From Macrostomum lignano (taxonomy: Eukaryota), in contig NIVC01000208.1 of NCBI GenBank assembly GCA_002269645.1, positions 124,001-188,000 of the forward strand: DNA of 64,000 nt, written 5' to 3'. A program made the position numbers and the translations under genes. The notes under the pieces were generated by a model. It worked only from the letters and a program-made list of their open reading frames with translations. It was not told the origin of the DNA and searched no databases. Position 1 is the first letter of the stretch. The number at the start of each line of letters is the position of its first letter. This document shows, piece after piece, positions 1 through 15,548 of this stretch.

Positions 1-1213
<1,213 letters not shown>

Positions 1214-3213
1214 GGCTAATATGGTTTGCTCTCCTAAGAAAATAGTTTTTATTACTACTTAGACTTGCTTTTTACAGTTCAGAGGTGTTGGTTTGGTGTA
1301 GTTTCGTGTCCGTGCTACAAGAATTATACACTCAATACGTTTCTGAGCCAATCAGCTTCTTAGCCTCTGAGATGCCAATCCGAACATTGCATTGCCTCAA
1401 AATTCTTAGAGCCAATGGTAGCCGGAGCAAAACGGTTGCAGCTGGTCCACCTGTGTGTCTGAACTGCGACCGTTGTTCCTATCCTGCCATATAGCCTCCC
1501 AAACACTACACTTATCTGACAACTGCCATTTAGCAACATGACCGGCTAAAACTTGAATCTAGTCAGGAAAGTGGCATCGATATACATTATGCGAAAATGC
1601 AACTCAGGAAGTATCATGCCAATATTTTGTCACAGTCATGGCTAGATTACATCAATGCGTATTGTTTTGCTTTTATTTATAGGAGGTTTCACTGTTTCAG
1701 CACAAAAAGTTAAATTGCTTTTGATAGGAGGCATACCCAGTTTTCATCTTTTGAGATGTCCTGCATTTCTTATGGCTCTACAAGCTGTTGAAACCCGCGG
1801 ATTCTGAACCCGCTGAATTCCAATCCCCGGAACTATTTCGACCTGCATTCTTAAATCTGAAGTCATACCTAAAAAACTCGCTAATACTTAGGATAGAGGT
1901 AGACATAAAATGAAGTAAATTCGTGTTGCATGAAGATTTGAGTGAAGCATTGATCTCGTCGGCTGGGGTACAGCGCAGAATGTCAGGCAACGTCTGTCTA
2001 AAGCAGGCATTGGCAAACCCGGTCTCTGGCCCCTGCCTCTCTCTACGTCCCTTTAGTCCTTTGAAACTTCTCTATCTTCTCATCTCATCTCTCCTTTCTT
2101 CTCTTTTATCTTTGCTTTCTTATCTCTTCTCATCTCTCTCTTCTCTTTTCTCTCTCATTTCTCTTTTCTCTTTCGCCGACCCCTGCTTCGAAAGCCGGTT
2201 TTTGGAACGGATTACTCTCATGGTTGCTTCATTCCGTTAGCCTCTTGCTGACTGCTTCGATCACGTCATCTTTCTGGTCAATTTGCAGCCCTGAAAGGAA
2301 TTTGTGTATCACCAGCTCCACTGCAGTCTGCAGCAGTCTTACAATCAAGGAAATGCACATTTCTTTGAAGGCATTTAAATTTTAAAGTATCTTTAAGTGA
2401 GACTTTGTGTTAAAATTTCCATGGCGTCAAAATTTGGTAGGTTTGTATTGTAATCGCTTTTTTATAAATTTTTCGCTTTTACAAAACCATGCTGCATTGC
2501 CTTGATTTGCCATCCACTGGTAAACTGCTGCAGAGTTTGCTGCCTGTGTTAGAATTCCTTTAACCTAGCGAGCAAGATTGTACACACAGTTTTTATTTTT
2601 ATAGTTAGAGAAGATTGATATTCATAGAGCTTTCCGTCTAGAAGCCAAAAGCAGGCACTTAAAGACAGCTGAGCACACAAATTTATTCCGCTCGTCCAAA
2701 AAAACCTCCAGAAATCCTCTGGTAGGAAAAAAAGACGAGCGGCTTGCATGGGACGTCCGAGTGCTTTCAGTATTTATTAGTTCGTAATTAGCCGGAATTG
2801 AAAACCTTTTGAGTTGTCTGACTGCAAAGTCAGAAGCAGTTAAAGATTCAATAATCAGTTAAATAACAGTTCAGTTTGACGTGATTTCAGGAAGAAAACA
2901 GCAAAATGGTTTTTAAGCATGAAAGCGAAGCTGATCAGAAATCTAACAAATCTTGAGTGAAAGTCACAACGATTCGCCTTGACATCGCTTGGGTTTCAAG
3001 CTATGCACTTTAAAATGCGCATACACTACTAGTGATTCGAAGTTGGTGAGTAGTATTGAAACTGATTAATTGGTTTAACAGCATAATGTAAAAATTGATT
3101 ACATATAGAAGAGCGCTCTAATCAAATTAAGGGTTGTGAATATCCTAAACAGTGACCGTCAGAGTAAAAATATTACTGGCCAATCCCCACTTCAACAAGC
3201 GGTTGCAGTGGCA

Positions 3214-4681
3214 TCAGGTGCGCGAGTCGCAGGCGGCCGACTCCAGAAGCACGGACACGAAGCCCTGGTCGACGGTCCAGGTGCTGCCGAACACGCAGCC
3301 GCCCCTGCAGAAGGAGCCACCGCCGCCGCCGCTGTGGCCGAAGCTCAGTCCGGCTCCGCCACCGCTGAAGCCTCCGCCAGCTCCAGGGGCGCCTTTCAGT
3401 GAGCTGGTCCTGCTGCCGCCTCCACCGCCTCCTCCGAAGCCTCCATGGCAGACGCTGCCGTCTCCAGCGCTGCCGCCGACCAAGCCGTCGGCCAGACTGC
3501 CGCCTCTCTCTCCGTCCGAGGAGCTCCGTCTGGGGCTGACGGCCCTGCCGAGCCAGCCGGCGCCGCAGCCGCCGTGGTTGCTTTTGCTTGGGGTGCTAGC
3601 GGGGCTGTTGGAGCCCGGCTGACCGTTGGTGCCGCCGAATCCCGCGTGTGCGCTTTTGGCGCCCTTGCTGTCGGAACCGTTTCTGCCGGCCTCTCCTTGT
3701 TGTCCTACATTGACATCAATCAAACTGCTGATTGAAACGGTTGTGGATTCTTTTAATTTACCATTTAAGAAACTGTTGTTATTTGACCTAACCATTTCTA
3801 TTCCAGGAAGCTCCGCCGCCTCCGCCGGCAGCCAGCAGCAGCAGCTGGTCGACCGTCCGGTACACGAAGCTGCCGCCGCCTCCGCCGCCTCCTTCGTAAT
3901 CCAACGACGTCGAGCCGCCCATCTGGCCCACAACGATGCTCAGCTGGGTGCCGGCCGTCAGGTTGACTCTGGCGCTCACCTGGGCTCCCTGGCCTCCGGA
4001 TGTGTTCGTCAGTAAGTTGTCGCCACCTCTGGCGCCGGCAGCTCTGATCAGGTAGCAGCCGGTCGTGTTGATGAGGACGCTTTGGATTGAGCCGTTGCGG
4101 CCTGTGCTGCTGTCTGCAATGGAACAGCGTCAGCGAGTTACAAAATTGGATTGAATGCAATTTCGGTCTCTGCCGACATCATGTAGCCATCCACAACAAT
4201 GCATTGATGACTCACTCCGAAGCTGCACTGCAGGCGAAGGCCAGTCGCTGTCGTCCGCCTTCCACACCTTCGCACCGACCTGAGATCCGATGACTCGCTG
4301 CACCTGATTTGCTGAGATTGACAGCTTGGCGGTTGCTATGGTGACCATCTCGCACGTGGCATTGCTCTCCACCGAGACGGCAGCGCTGCAGCTCACCCTC
4401 TGGCACTTTGCTAGACAGTCGATTACAGTAGTGGCCTTGGTTGTAGTCGTGACGTTGTTGTAGTCGTTCAGAACGGCTTTGAGCATGTGAAGCTGCTGCT
4501 CTGAGCACACAGAATAGGTCCGCACACTGGTGGTGCCTTGTACTCGAAGCACGAGAGAGCAGCAAACTATGTAAATAATAAACAGCATGCACTGAATAAC
4601 TGAAAAACGGTTTTTAAGTTCAGGTGGCAGTTACTTACCGAATAGGGCAAGTAATTGTGAAGACAAAACTTTTTCAGTCAT
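3214..4681 (-). CDS. Secreted PAN-like + ALK/LTK-type glycine-rich domain protein, copy G1 (401 aa, 4 exons)
   Basis: Exons 4681-4639, 4566-4216, 4113-3793 and 3704-3214 total 1206 nt and give an open frame with consistent phase-1 GT-AG introns. Signal peptide MTEKVLSSQLLALFVCCSLVLRVQG; PAN-like DCLAKCQRVSCSAAVSVESNATCEM; glycine-rich-domain motifs GSIQSVLINTTGCYLIRAAGARGG, LSIVVGQMG, GGGGGGGSFVY, LLAAGGGGGA, GGFGGGGGGG and GGGGGSF...GFVSV. Exon 3's donor (GTTAGG) is weak. Confidence 0.8.
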
Positions 4682-5089
4682 GATTGCAGTTGATAGGTTG
4701 ATTGTCAGTCTTCAATTTGTTGCGATTCTTCGTGAACAAAGACTTAAGAGATAACTATTTTACCTGGCTTTTGACTGTTGAAATCCCAAATCAATTACTC
4801 ATACGACGTATAGAGTTTACACTTGCAGGAGGGAAGCAGATTTCGTTTGCTGCTAATTGTTTCTTGCTTGCTCGCTTCTGAGAAGAGGCTTGCTAGAGAC
4901 TATATCAAATAGATGTGGAAGAAAGTTTGAGCAGTGTCGGGTTCGCAGCCAATCCCAGACGGCTGTCCTAGCTCATGGCTCAGGAGCTTTATCTACCGAT
5001 GATTCTTGAGCGCTGCTCTGCGACAGTTTCTAAAATAATAATTGCAGGAGGATTGTCGTCCGACCATTAAATTGGGCAGACGCCAATAC

Positions 5090-5152
5090 TGTACACACGC
5101 TCTCACATGGTGTACAGCGGCCCTGACTTTCTAATCGTCAGACATGTACACT
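5090..5152 (-). mobile_element. Internal fragment related to SINE family 2
   Basis: tgtacacacgctctcacatggtgtacagcggccctgactttctaatcgtcagacatgtacac aligns by eye with the middle of the SINE at 17873-18233. Confidence 0.5.
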
Positions 5153-7984
5153 CTAGACATGTAGTCCTCGACTGCATCGCACAGTGTCGTAGACCCGCCT
5201 CGAACTGAATCGAACCAGGGTTCGTGGCGGCTTCGTTGCGCGAGAGCTACACTTGTTTACTAGTTTTAGAACTTTCTTAGACCAAAGAGAAGCTGGCCTT
5301 ACAATGTGGAGCTGTTTTGTAAGAACTTTTTCTTCAACTTGCTGAAAAAGCTTCAAATTTGCTAAAAGTTTTCTAGAAACTTCGAATTAGATAACGTCTG
5401 TTCGAATAGTTCCATGCAATGCAAAACCTGATTTTTTTAATTAGTTGTGAGATTCGATGACTTGATTCAAGGTGTCTGTGTGAATGAACCTTCAGACATA
5501 GGTTGGCTGATACGTCCAATGATTTGCATCTCAGTTGAGCAGCAACGGTGTTGGAGGATTGCACTTCACCACAGAACAACTTGCAGTTGCACAGCTCGCA
5601 GCAGGTACATTAGCATGCATGCAGGATGTCATCGCTGTCCGCAGTTATTTTCGGGATTAGCCTCAACTAAAAGCACATGCAAGAGAATTCGTAGGCATGA
5701 AATAAAAAACATCATGCTGAAAATCTAGAAGAGTCAATATCTTTTCATACTGGATTTTTTTACACATCGTTACGACGGCAGCTGAACAAAATTAACAACT
5801 TTGTATAGACATGCGACAGACATCCTGAGTTGTGTGAGGTGCCCTGCTTCAGTGAAGTGCCGCCAGTAATGAGTGGGGACTTGCAGCAGCTGCAGTCAGG
5901 AGCACCGAAGTCGCAGAACAACCTAACTCTCAGCCAGCTCCATCAATAGATGATTCTGTGTGCTGCTACTCAGAAATGAGTTCCATTGTTATCGGCAAAT
6001 TTTGCACTAGGGCTGAGATAATTGGCGTCCGACTTGAAAATGAGATAATGCACAGTAAGATAGATGAGACACCTGCTCCAACCGGCATGAAGATGAGTAG
6101 ATACATAACGAGAAAGATGAGATACCTGCTCCCACAGACTTTCAGATGAGGAGATTGGCGTCAATGTTAAAGGATAAAGCAGCACCACTGCAGTCTATAG
6201 GTCTAATTGGAGAGATAAGAGGGTAGGCAGGTAATTTGCGGAGGAGCAGACGGGTAGGCCGGGTGCACAGTCGCCAACCATAATACCGATAATTGCCTAC
6301 CGGATAAGCCTGGCCTTCACTGAGTACTTGAAAAGGCGTGAAGGGAGTATGCAATTCTTAAAGAAGTCACATGGGAGCCTTAGCAGCTACTAAGCTGCTG
6401 TATGCTTGTATAAATATGCTCATTTAAACTGAAAAGGCAGCCTGGCATTATACCTGCAGAGGGTGAGGTGCTGTGCATTTGGAGTGAGACGTCCCGTTGC
6501 GCCAATGTTCTTATCAACCGCCTTCCCCACTCCGTCATGAGGGTATAAAAGTTGATGAACTGTGAGGAGTTTATGAAACTCATGCACCCATGCCACTGCA
6601 GCAAGTTGTTCTGCTTCTAAGAAGTATACTAAAGTAAATACGTGAGGTTGGGTGCGGTTTTCAAAATAGGACTTGAAGGTAATGGCAACTCGTCTGCGTT
6701 CGAACTCACGCGTTTCAAATCGGAAAATTTGGCGAAATGTACTCTTTGAATCCACCTGGTTACTCCGTCTGCCGGGTCCTCAATTCCGGGCGGAGGGTAT
6801 AGTAGAATCGTAGTCGAGCGGTCGCTAGCATTGTCGTTCAGGCTTTCAGACACCGATTTGATCTCGGTCGATTTTCTCGTATGCTTACTAAGAGTAGCGT
6901 AGTGCTGCCGCCACCGTAATTAAAGTATAGGGACCGTTCGTTCTCAGAGCTTCTTCGAGTTGAGAATTTTAAGTTTTAGGTCCCGTGGGGAAATAATTTA
7001 CAAACAAAACTATCAAGTCAACGATAATTAAATATGAGTTTATTGGGTTACTTAGGTTTTCTGAGAGAGAAACGGCAGTGCCACGGCGCGGGAGAAGCTA
7101 CAAGAAAAAGCAAGGAAAAGGGAAAAGTTGAAAACTGACCTGTTTACTGCGGGTTTTAAATGACGCAAAAGGGTTCCGGGAGTCGAACTCACAGTTTCTT
7201 TTCGATGGGGCATAGAGTGCCCAGAAAATTTGGCGAAAGGTGAAAATCGCAAAATGTCGTAAAGGAGAAGCCAAAGGGAATCCAGACTGAGGACAAGTGG
7301 AGTCCAGCAGCGGGATGGCGAAAAGTCCCGACGGGGGAGGGAGAGAAATCCCGGCGGTGGGCCCTCCGGATGACGAAATTTGACGTCATTGAGGTCCTTC
7401 CTGTGGTTACACAAATTTCAGCATGCACTAAATAAGCAAAATTTAACTAGAATAAAAGTCATAGTGGTAGGCCCACTACCACATGCTCACCGTGTGTGCT
7501 ATCAGAGTTTTTTTGGGCCAAGCCACTAAAGACTAAATCAGCTGGAGAAGTGAGGTTAGCCTGGAGGAGAGCACAGAGCGCGTACACCGCGAACAGTTCG
7601 CTCAGACCATGAGGGGAAAGAATTCATAAACTCGAGCTTTCGTCAGAGCCGCATAGGAAATTAACCTCTAGAGTTTAATTGAAAACAAATCTCAATCTTA
7701 CTCTCAGTCTCAGTCTCAGTCTCAATTCGAATCAATTCGAATCAATTCGAATCAATCAGTCAGTCACACCGCGTAGAGGCTAAAGTATTCAATTATCGAA
7801 AGTCCAGAAATCTAAATTGTTGTAGTCTATTCTATTTCTAATGTACATCAAACTAATGTACATGCAGATTCACAGTATTTTAGTGCACGTTGCTCTCTGA
7901 ACAAACTCTTTGGATCTCATATAGATAAATCGCAAAAAATGCCCAAGTGTGGGAGTGGGACCAACTTCTTATTCAGCAAACCTT

Positions 7985-9050
7985 CCTGGAATCCTGCTGA
8001 GATGTCAAAGCTTACAGCTGAGGGAATTGCTGGGATGTCAAGGCTTACAGCTGAGGGAATTGATGGGATATCAAGGCTTACAGCTGAGGGAATTGATGGG
8101 ATGTCAAGGCTTACAGCTGGGGGAATTGATGGGATGTCAAGGCTTACAGCTGGGGGAATTTCTGGGATGTCAAGGCTTACAGCTGTTGGGATTGCTGAGA
8201 TGTCAAGGCTTACAACTGGGGGGAATTGATAAGATGTCAAGGCCTATTATGGAATTGCTGAGATGTCAAGGCTTATGGGGAATTGCTGAGATGTCCAGGC
8301 TTACAGGGGGAATTATTGAGATGTCAAAGCTTATTGGGAAATTGCTGGGATGTCAAGGCTTACAACTGGGGGGAATTGATAAGATGTCAAGGCTTACAGC
8401 TGGGGGAATTGCTGAGATGTCAAGGCTTACGGGGAATTGCTGGGATGTCCAGGCTTACAACTGGGGGAATTTCTGGAATGTCAAGGCTTACAGCTGAGGG
8501 AATTGCTGGGATGTCAAGGCTTACAGCTGGGGGAATTTCTGGGATGTCAAGGCTTACAGCTGTTGGGATTGCTGAGATGTCAAGGCTTACAACTGGGGGG
8601 AATTGATAAGATGTCAAGGCCTATTATGGAATTGCTGAGATGTCAAGGCCTATTATGGAATTGCTGAGATGTCAAGGCCTATTATGGAATTGCTGAGATG
8701 TCAAGGCCTATTATGGAATTGCTGAGATGTCAAGGCTTTTGGGGAATTGCTGAGATGTCCAGGCTTACAGGGGGAATTGTTGAGATGTCAAGGCTTATTG
8801 GAAAATTGCTGAGATGTCCAGGCTTACTAGGGAATTGCTGGGTTGTCAAGGCTTACAGTTGGGGGAATTGCTGAGATGTCAAGGCTTACAGCTGGGGGAA
8901 TTGCTGAAATGTCCAGGCTTACAGGGGGAATTGGTAAGATGTCAAGGCTTGCAGCTAAGGGAATTGCTGAGATGTCAGGCTTAGTGGGGAAATTTTTTAG
9001 ACTTCAAGGCTTAGCTGGGGGAATTACTGAGATATCAAAGCTTATTGGAA
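7985..9050. repeat. 33-bp minisatellite (GAGATGTCAAGGCTTACAGCTGGGGGAATTGCT, with 29-30 bp variants)
   Basis: Tandem units are directly visible; the MSRLTAGGI-type ORFs are translations of it. Confidence 0.95.
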
Positions 9051-9619
9051 GTATGGCTCTATTCTTTAATATTTTAGCAATGTTTTCATTTTCTTTTTTG
9101 CACTCCCCGAACGGGCTGGATTGCTAGTAACAACTAAAATTGAAGGACGCGATACTCAATTTTTTTAGAAATGAACGGGAGGCTGCTAAGGAACGCATAT
9201 TTGTCTTATCGTTCATTCATAAAAATAGTCATGTGAACTTATGAAATACATGTACTGTAGAGTGTTCCACCTCCCGTAAAAAAGACATAAAAATGGTCAC
9301 TGTACTACTCACACATTTTATTCAGTAGTATACTAAATAGCATGTATAAAGATATGCGCTGAACCAGACATATATTTTATTCAACCAATCAAAAGAGAGA
9401 AAAGTCGAACATGTTATTTTTGGCAACCAACCAATCATGCGTGACCTACAATTGTCGAGTTAAATCCCATTTGCGATTCATCATTGGCCACGTGCAACCT
9501 ACGTTTGTCAGTTCAAACCCCACCTACGATTCGTCATTTGGCTTGCACCCGGTCTGCACCGGATGAACCAATCAAACGCGACAGAAAAACACCAGATACG
9601 GTAACTAATCATGTGTGTT

Positions 9620-10320
9620 TTACAGTAGACTAGTTGCATAACTTTCTGCCCTGTCATGCTTGACAACCACTGAATCGTGACCCTTTGACATTTGCGAAGA
9701 CAGTGATGTACGACCTCGAGAGAGGCCCGAACGCCTATAAATACAAGTGGTCCGGAACGGACCTGGAGCCAACAATTTCTCCTCGAGAGAAGAGCTCCGA
9801 AGAGGAAGCCACAGTCGGACTTCCTGGACCAAGACTCGGTCGAGTTGTTGCGGTAAGCCTTCCTTATTTGCGCCCGTTGTTGTTAGAGATGTCTCACTCA
9901 AGTCCAGTGTGACTTGAGTTTAGTTTGAGTCGGTTGAGACTCTTGAGTCTGTTTAGACTCTACTGGTTGCAGTCTCCAGAAGGACTGCCCCTGATAGATC
10001 TTAGAAGACTATCAGTGGTTTCCGGAGCTATTCCTAGAGAGCATAGAGGCACTGCTAGAAGGAGGCTTAATTAAGACCGCAGTTTGGCGCAGGGTACCCA
10101 TTGTAATTGGAAGCTTCCCATTGGTCCGAACGATAGATTCCGGCCGGAACTACTTCTACGGAAGAGAAGGGAACTCGGACCTGATCTACGAACACTAGAC
10201 GTCTAGAAGCCGGCGAGATCTACTATCAGATCTGCACTGAGGACTACACCGAAGTCTGCTCAAGAAGCATCGAGACTACTAATCCGGATTTAAGGTAATT
10301 AAGTACCTGCAGTTAACTTA
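9620..10320 (+). other. Possible retroelement LTR/leader-like segment (unclassified)
   Basis: CCAAT boxes upstream (aaccaatca), cctataaata at ~9734, a transcribed-looking leader and donor-like sites (gcggtaagc, aaggtaatt). No partner LTR or coding domain was found. Confidence 0.25.
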
Positions 10321-11163
10321 CTGGGTTGCCTAGCTACAGAGCTAGAAGTGATTGTTCCTTGATTACAGTTGAGGACTGGTAATAAGGAACACATCAGTAC
10401 ATGCATACTCTCGTAGTTTAGAGAAACATTGAGCAAGAGTTTAAAGCATTAAGGTGTGACAGTGTGATTCGCTGAGGCATGTATCATATCGTATTTCATT
10501 GTGTCGCACGCATACCGTACTTGTAATCATTCATTCATTTAACAATATTCTATACTTATTAATGTTGCGCTTATGTTACTTTTGTATTTGTAGTTATTTG
10601 TCGCCTCGTATGTATTTATTATATTATTAAAATTTCATGCCTATCGTCTTACTTCTCGTAAAGTAGTACCTATCTATGTACATGTATTTACTTTGCAGTA
10701 TTCTAGCACGATATTTTATCGATTTGTTTGTACATTTCGCCTGGGGGTTTGTCTGATCAGCTAGGGCTTGTTTTCGGATTAGGCTTGTTTATCAATTGCT
10801 ATCATATTTACATGTTCATTATAAATATACACTTGCAGGAGTTGCAGTCAGCGCCCGCTTGTTCACTTCTTCTCTGCTCGCGGGCCCTTAGCCGTCTGGC
10901 TTTCCTCGCCCTCACAAGTTAAACCTTCCGCCGCCTACCTAGGCCCACCAATCAGCAGGGTCCCGACCGGCCTTCGCCAGGCGCAACCAGAGCCCATTGC
11001 AATTAAGTTTATTAAGAACCAATTTACATTACGCTAGTGTGAAATTGCGGCTGCTGATCTGGATCGTTGACTCAATCAAATTAATTAAATTTATCCGCTA
11101 CACAAAAGTCTTCCGCATTAATCGTCACAGGTAGGAGTTGTCTCAGGACGATCCTGGGATGTA

Positions 11164-11479
11164 CTTTGACTTACTTGACTTAGCTACAGGGCGTCCCAAG
11201 ACGCAGCGGGGAGGCGAGCGTCGCCCATTCCGCTATTCCCTGAAAGGCCGGCGTAGGCTAGGGGCGCGGGGCCGGTCAGGGAGGTCTGCCGGTCCTGGCT
11301 GCAGCGTTGTCTTTTGTGGGGAAGACGGAGGCTCGTTTGGTGGCCCGGAGGAACCGGATGAGCCGTGGGATGTTCTCGGGCCAGCAAGCGTCGTCCAGGA
11401 AAGGGTTGGGCCCGAGGTGGTTGAGCCGGTCTCGGTTGAAGACCGGGCAGTAGCAGACGAAGTACTTGGCGTCTTCGCT
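11164..11479 (-). mobile_element. 5'-truncated non-LTR retrotransposon (LINE 3' end, 316 bp) with 15-bp TSD
   Basis: Direct repeat CGATCCTGGGATGTA at 11149-11163 and 11480-11494. Minus strand reads EDAKYFVCYCPVFNRDR...LG...L...P...LIRFLRATKR, resembling the C-terminal zinc-knuckle region of LINE ORF2, then a short UTR and an AAGTCAAGTAAGTCAAAG tail. Confidence 0.7.
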
Positions 11480-12317
11480 CGATCCTGGGATGTAGGAGTA
11501 CAAGATAAGGAGAAATAGGGTGCTCTAGAGAAGCACAGAAACTATCGACTATAACAAGGATATTGTAGAAGTAAAATGATTTGAAGATAAAAAATCATAG
11601 TAAATTAAGACCAATGCGTTTAAAACATACGCAGATAAGAGGTCTTTGACTTTATAACAAAGCAAATTTAAAAGTAAAGACGAGTTTTTCACATAATTCT
11701 GGATAAAGATAGAATTCTAGAGTTGAGACGTGAAATTTCGGGAAAAAATAGTTGAGAGCAAAAAGAAACGCTTTGATACACATTTTCTACGATGTAGCTG
11801 CATGAATTACCAGCTCCTGTGTGTCTGATGCACCTCAATGCTTTCCTATTCTCATGAATTCTTTTCGCTGTATCGTTCCGCCTGTGGATTTGGTGACAGG
11901 CTTGTCATCTTTCCCAGTATTTTTTTAGGATAGAAAAGCCTATGAAATTCAATCGGGATCTCACTCACGCGTCTTGTCTGTGCCCGCCTTTTGTATTTCT
12001 TTTCCTGCACTCAAGCCCGCCCTTAAAAAGCCCCTTGTGCCGCTCACAATTCACAGCCATCAGCAGTTGCCAGCAGCTTTTCTAACTTTCGCATACTTCA
12101 TCCCGATATTATCTTCAACCTAACCACGTCAATCCCACATTTACATTTTTGCCCAGCAGTTTATTTTTGCTGCTTGTGTTAGCAGTTCTCAGAAAAGCTA
12201 GCCAGAAGTACGCTCGTACCTCATAGTAAGAAAACCAAATACGAGTATTACTGAGTGCTACGATGACCACAAAGTGATAGCAATAGTTGACTTCACAGCT
12301 GACCGTTAGATTCGGAT

Positions 12318-12982
12318 TTAAATGTTAACGCACGTTTTCAGAGCTGCTGACCACTTTGTTCCAGACCCACAAGTCTTTTGCACATATTTACTACCGTCGC
12401 ATTGAAGAAATTTTGTTTCACTGGTGCAATCGGCCAGATAGGAGTTATCGAATGTGCAAGGCTGGTTGGCTAGAGAGCAGGGAAGCTGGCTGGTAGTGGA
12501 AACTGCAATTTCATGGCTAGTTGGAGCTGTGACACTGTTGGAGGCTGCAACAGACTCAATACTGTCGGTTGTATCAGTGACCAATCTCCTCTCATCTACA
12601 ACCTAAAGGAAACGATTGCATACGTCAATTTCTGTTACAATGTTTGGCTAATACAATTCATAATAAGAAATATTAACACAAGACAAAAAGAAATGACAGA
12701 GAGCCAACTGACCTCGCTGCTGCAGTCCAGGGGTCTCCACAGCGCCTCATGCTGAGCGGCAGTGGCCAGATAGCAAGTGCCGTCTCGCTTGAACACGGCG
12801 GTGCAGTTGGGTCGTACTGCGCACTCCACCGAGCAGGCGCGAGGGTCTCGGACTCCGCTGACCTGCGACAGGCCGGTCACGTTTCCGGGGCAACCGGAGA
12901 CGACGCGGAAGCGGACGCAGACACCGGACGCAACGGACAGCAGGCTGAGCAGGCAGCCTGCAACTTCTAGGCGTGAAAACAT
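12318..12982 (-). CDS. PAN/Apple-mucin family copy P2: signal peptide + PAN-like + short S/T linker + 6-Cys chitin-binding-type-2-like module (184 aa)
   Basis: Exon 1 12982-12713 (90 codons, GAG|gtcagt). Exon 2 12602-12318 (tttag|GTTGTAGAT, VVDERRL...CSLANQPCTFDNSYLADCTSETKFLQCDGSKYVQKTCGSGTKWSAALKTCVNI*). Phase 0, frame intact. Confidence 0.85.
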
Positions 12983-15059
12983 GGCTATTATGGCTTGCTT
13001 TCCTAAGAAAATAATTTTTTAGTACTCAGACTTGCTTTTTAGAGCTGGGACGTGTTGGTGTAGTTTCATTTCTGTGCTGCACGAATTATATACTCATAAT
13101 ACGTTTCTGAGCCAATTAGCTTCTCAGCCTCTGAGATGCCAATCAGAAGATTGCATTGCCTTAAAATTATTGGAGCCAATGCCTGCCGGTGCAAAACGGT
13201 TGCAGCTGGTCTACCTGTGTGTGTGAACTGCGACTTTTAACCGTTGTTCCTAGCCTGCCATATTCTCCTACGTGTAGACAAACCGCACCTAACTGACAAC
13301 TGCCATTTAGCAACAGGAATTGAACTAGAGGGGCGCAACGAATCTGCAGTGTAGCTAATGAAGACATCAACTTAGTCAAAAAACAGGAAATATGCAAAAT
13401 GTCAGAAAGCTGAGATGGATCAATGCCAGTAAAAAGAATAATACTCCATTTTGCAGCGATCACTAAAAGCTCAACGCGCTGTGCAAACTCTCAGGTTGTA
13501 CAAACAGAGCAGCTGCTGAATGTAGATTCTTTGTTTGAGTTTCACAACCGGATCTGAAATTCGCTCAAATAATGGAGCCTATCCTAGTTTTGGACTGGGA
13601 TCAAATGGCTCTAAACGAAATTTGCACAACTTTTTCAAATAGCGCTTCATCGGTGCAGTCAACTGACATATCCAGACCAGGTTCTCCAAAGTGAATTTGA
13701 AATGAGGATATTGACAAACATCCAAAAATTTATGAATACAAAAATTTATATTGGATTTACTTTATTCTATTGGAAGAAACATGGCTTGTATGAATTCGAG
13801 ATAAGCGCTGCGAAGTTTTCATGCTTATGACAGTAGTATGATTGTGGTAGGTGGATTTAATTATTATAAACTATTCCACCGATGTCACCAAGTTGTCGGA
13901 GGGGTATTTAAACTGAGTTGGGAATCCTACAATTGCCACCAAATTGTGGTAGTGCTCTGAAGCTCTAAATTTTTATTCTAATAGCTGACAACAAGTTGTT
14001 GTAGGTAATTCTTATGCTTATTCACAATTTCACTGCTATTACCAAGTTGTGCTGGGGTGAAATTTGCTATAATTCTAGAATTTTATAAATTAGCTATTCG
14101 ATGCGTTATAAGTTACTAAAATATTGGGTCACGGGGTTAGGATTATGGGCTTTCACGTAAGCACGGATTGCCCTGGTAGCGCGCAGTGCCCGAGCGGCAA
14201 GACACTGTTCAGCTAGGGGGAGAGGGGGGGTGACTAAGTCCTATAGCAGCGTCCTCCAATGGATCGAGTTTGCCCGGTGAATTTCAATTTCCTCTTACGG
14301 ATTTGCTTTTGTCATATACGACTTTCCATTGGTTGTTCAGTTCGAACAGTTTATTTGGATATTTTTCCTCTTTCTATTGGCTGATTACGCCTCTGCTCTT
14401 TGCTAGTACGCTATTGGCTCTTCGACAATTCGTCTCTTGCTCTTGGTAATTTCTACCTCTAGTCCAATGAGCATTCGCTCTTAGTTTTTAGCAAATGAAG
14501 GAAAGTTTGGAACACTTCTTCGATTTTTATAGGCAATTCACCTATGAATCAAAAGATCTAAACTTCGGTTAGCCTCTCTGGGCGCAAAATTCGCTTGTAT
14601 TTATAGGAAAATTGGGGTGGGGGGCAAGACACGTTCAAACTAAGTTTTTCTAAAATTTACGTTTCCATGGTGAAGGCGGGAATTTGAAACTCGGCCTCTC
14701 TCATGATTTCATATTTCACAAAAGCGAACGTTCTGTAATAAATTTACAAACTAATAAATAGCTATAAAATAAGCTATTTTGAATCCGCAATGTTCTAAAA
14801 TATGGATTTTGAACCCGCAGAATTCAAATACCCGGAACTATTTAAAATGCATTCTTAAATCTGGTCATACTCAAACAAAAACTTGCTAATACTTAAGATA
14901 GAGGAAACATAAAATGGAGTACATTCGTGTTAAATTAAGGTTTGAGTGAAGCATTGATCTCGTCGGCTGGGGTGCCGCGCAGAATGTCGGGCAATGTCTG
15001 TCTAAAGCAGGCATTGGTAAACTCCGGTCTCTGGCCCCTGCCTCTCTCTACGTCCCTTG

Positions 15060-15548
15060 AGTCCTTTGAAACTTCTCTATTTTGTCATCTCAACTCTCCT
15101 TTCTCCTCTTATATCTCTGCTCTCTTATCTCTTCTCATTTCTCATCTCATCTCACCTCTCTCCTCTCTTCCCTCTTGTCTCTGCTGTCTACTCTATCTTC
15201 TCTCACTTCCCTCTTCCCACTCCTCTCTCCTCTCTTCCCTCTTCTCTCTTCTCTCAAATCTCTCATCTCTTTTCCATTCTCTCTCTTCTCTTCTGTCTCC
15301 CCTCTCTCTCCTCTCTTCTCTCTCGTCCTTTCCTCTCTCATCTCTTCTATATTCTCTTTGATCTCTACACTCTCTTCTCTCACTCCCCTCTTCTCACTTC
15401 TCTCTCCTCTCTTCCCTCTCGTCTCTCCTCTCTTTTCTCTCCTCTCTTTTCTCTCCTCTCTTTTCTCTCCTCTCTTTTCTCTCCTCTCTCCCGTTTTCTC
15501 ACTTCCCTATTCTCTCCTTTTATCTTCTCTCCTTTCTCGCCTCTCCTT
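15060..15548. repeat. CT-rich low-complexity tract (expanded relative to the paralogous tract at 2040-2175)
   Basis: Degenerate (CT)n/(CTT)n sequence. Confidence 0.9.

Noticed and set aside
6420-7800. Possible decayed retroelement leader and gag on the minus strand (ORF 6629-6853)
   Set aside because: No recognisable domain motif, terminal repeat or TSD; it cannot be supported by eye.
7917-9127. MSRLTAGGI, SLDIP and GCQGLQL ORFs
   Set aside because: Frames of a 33-bp minisatellite with frequent frame-breaking length variants and no unique flanking coding sequence.
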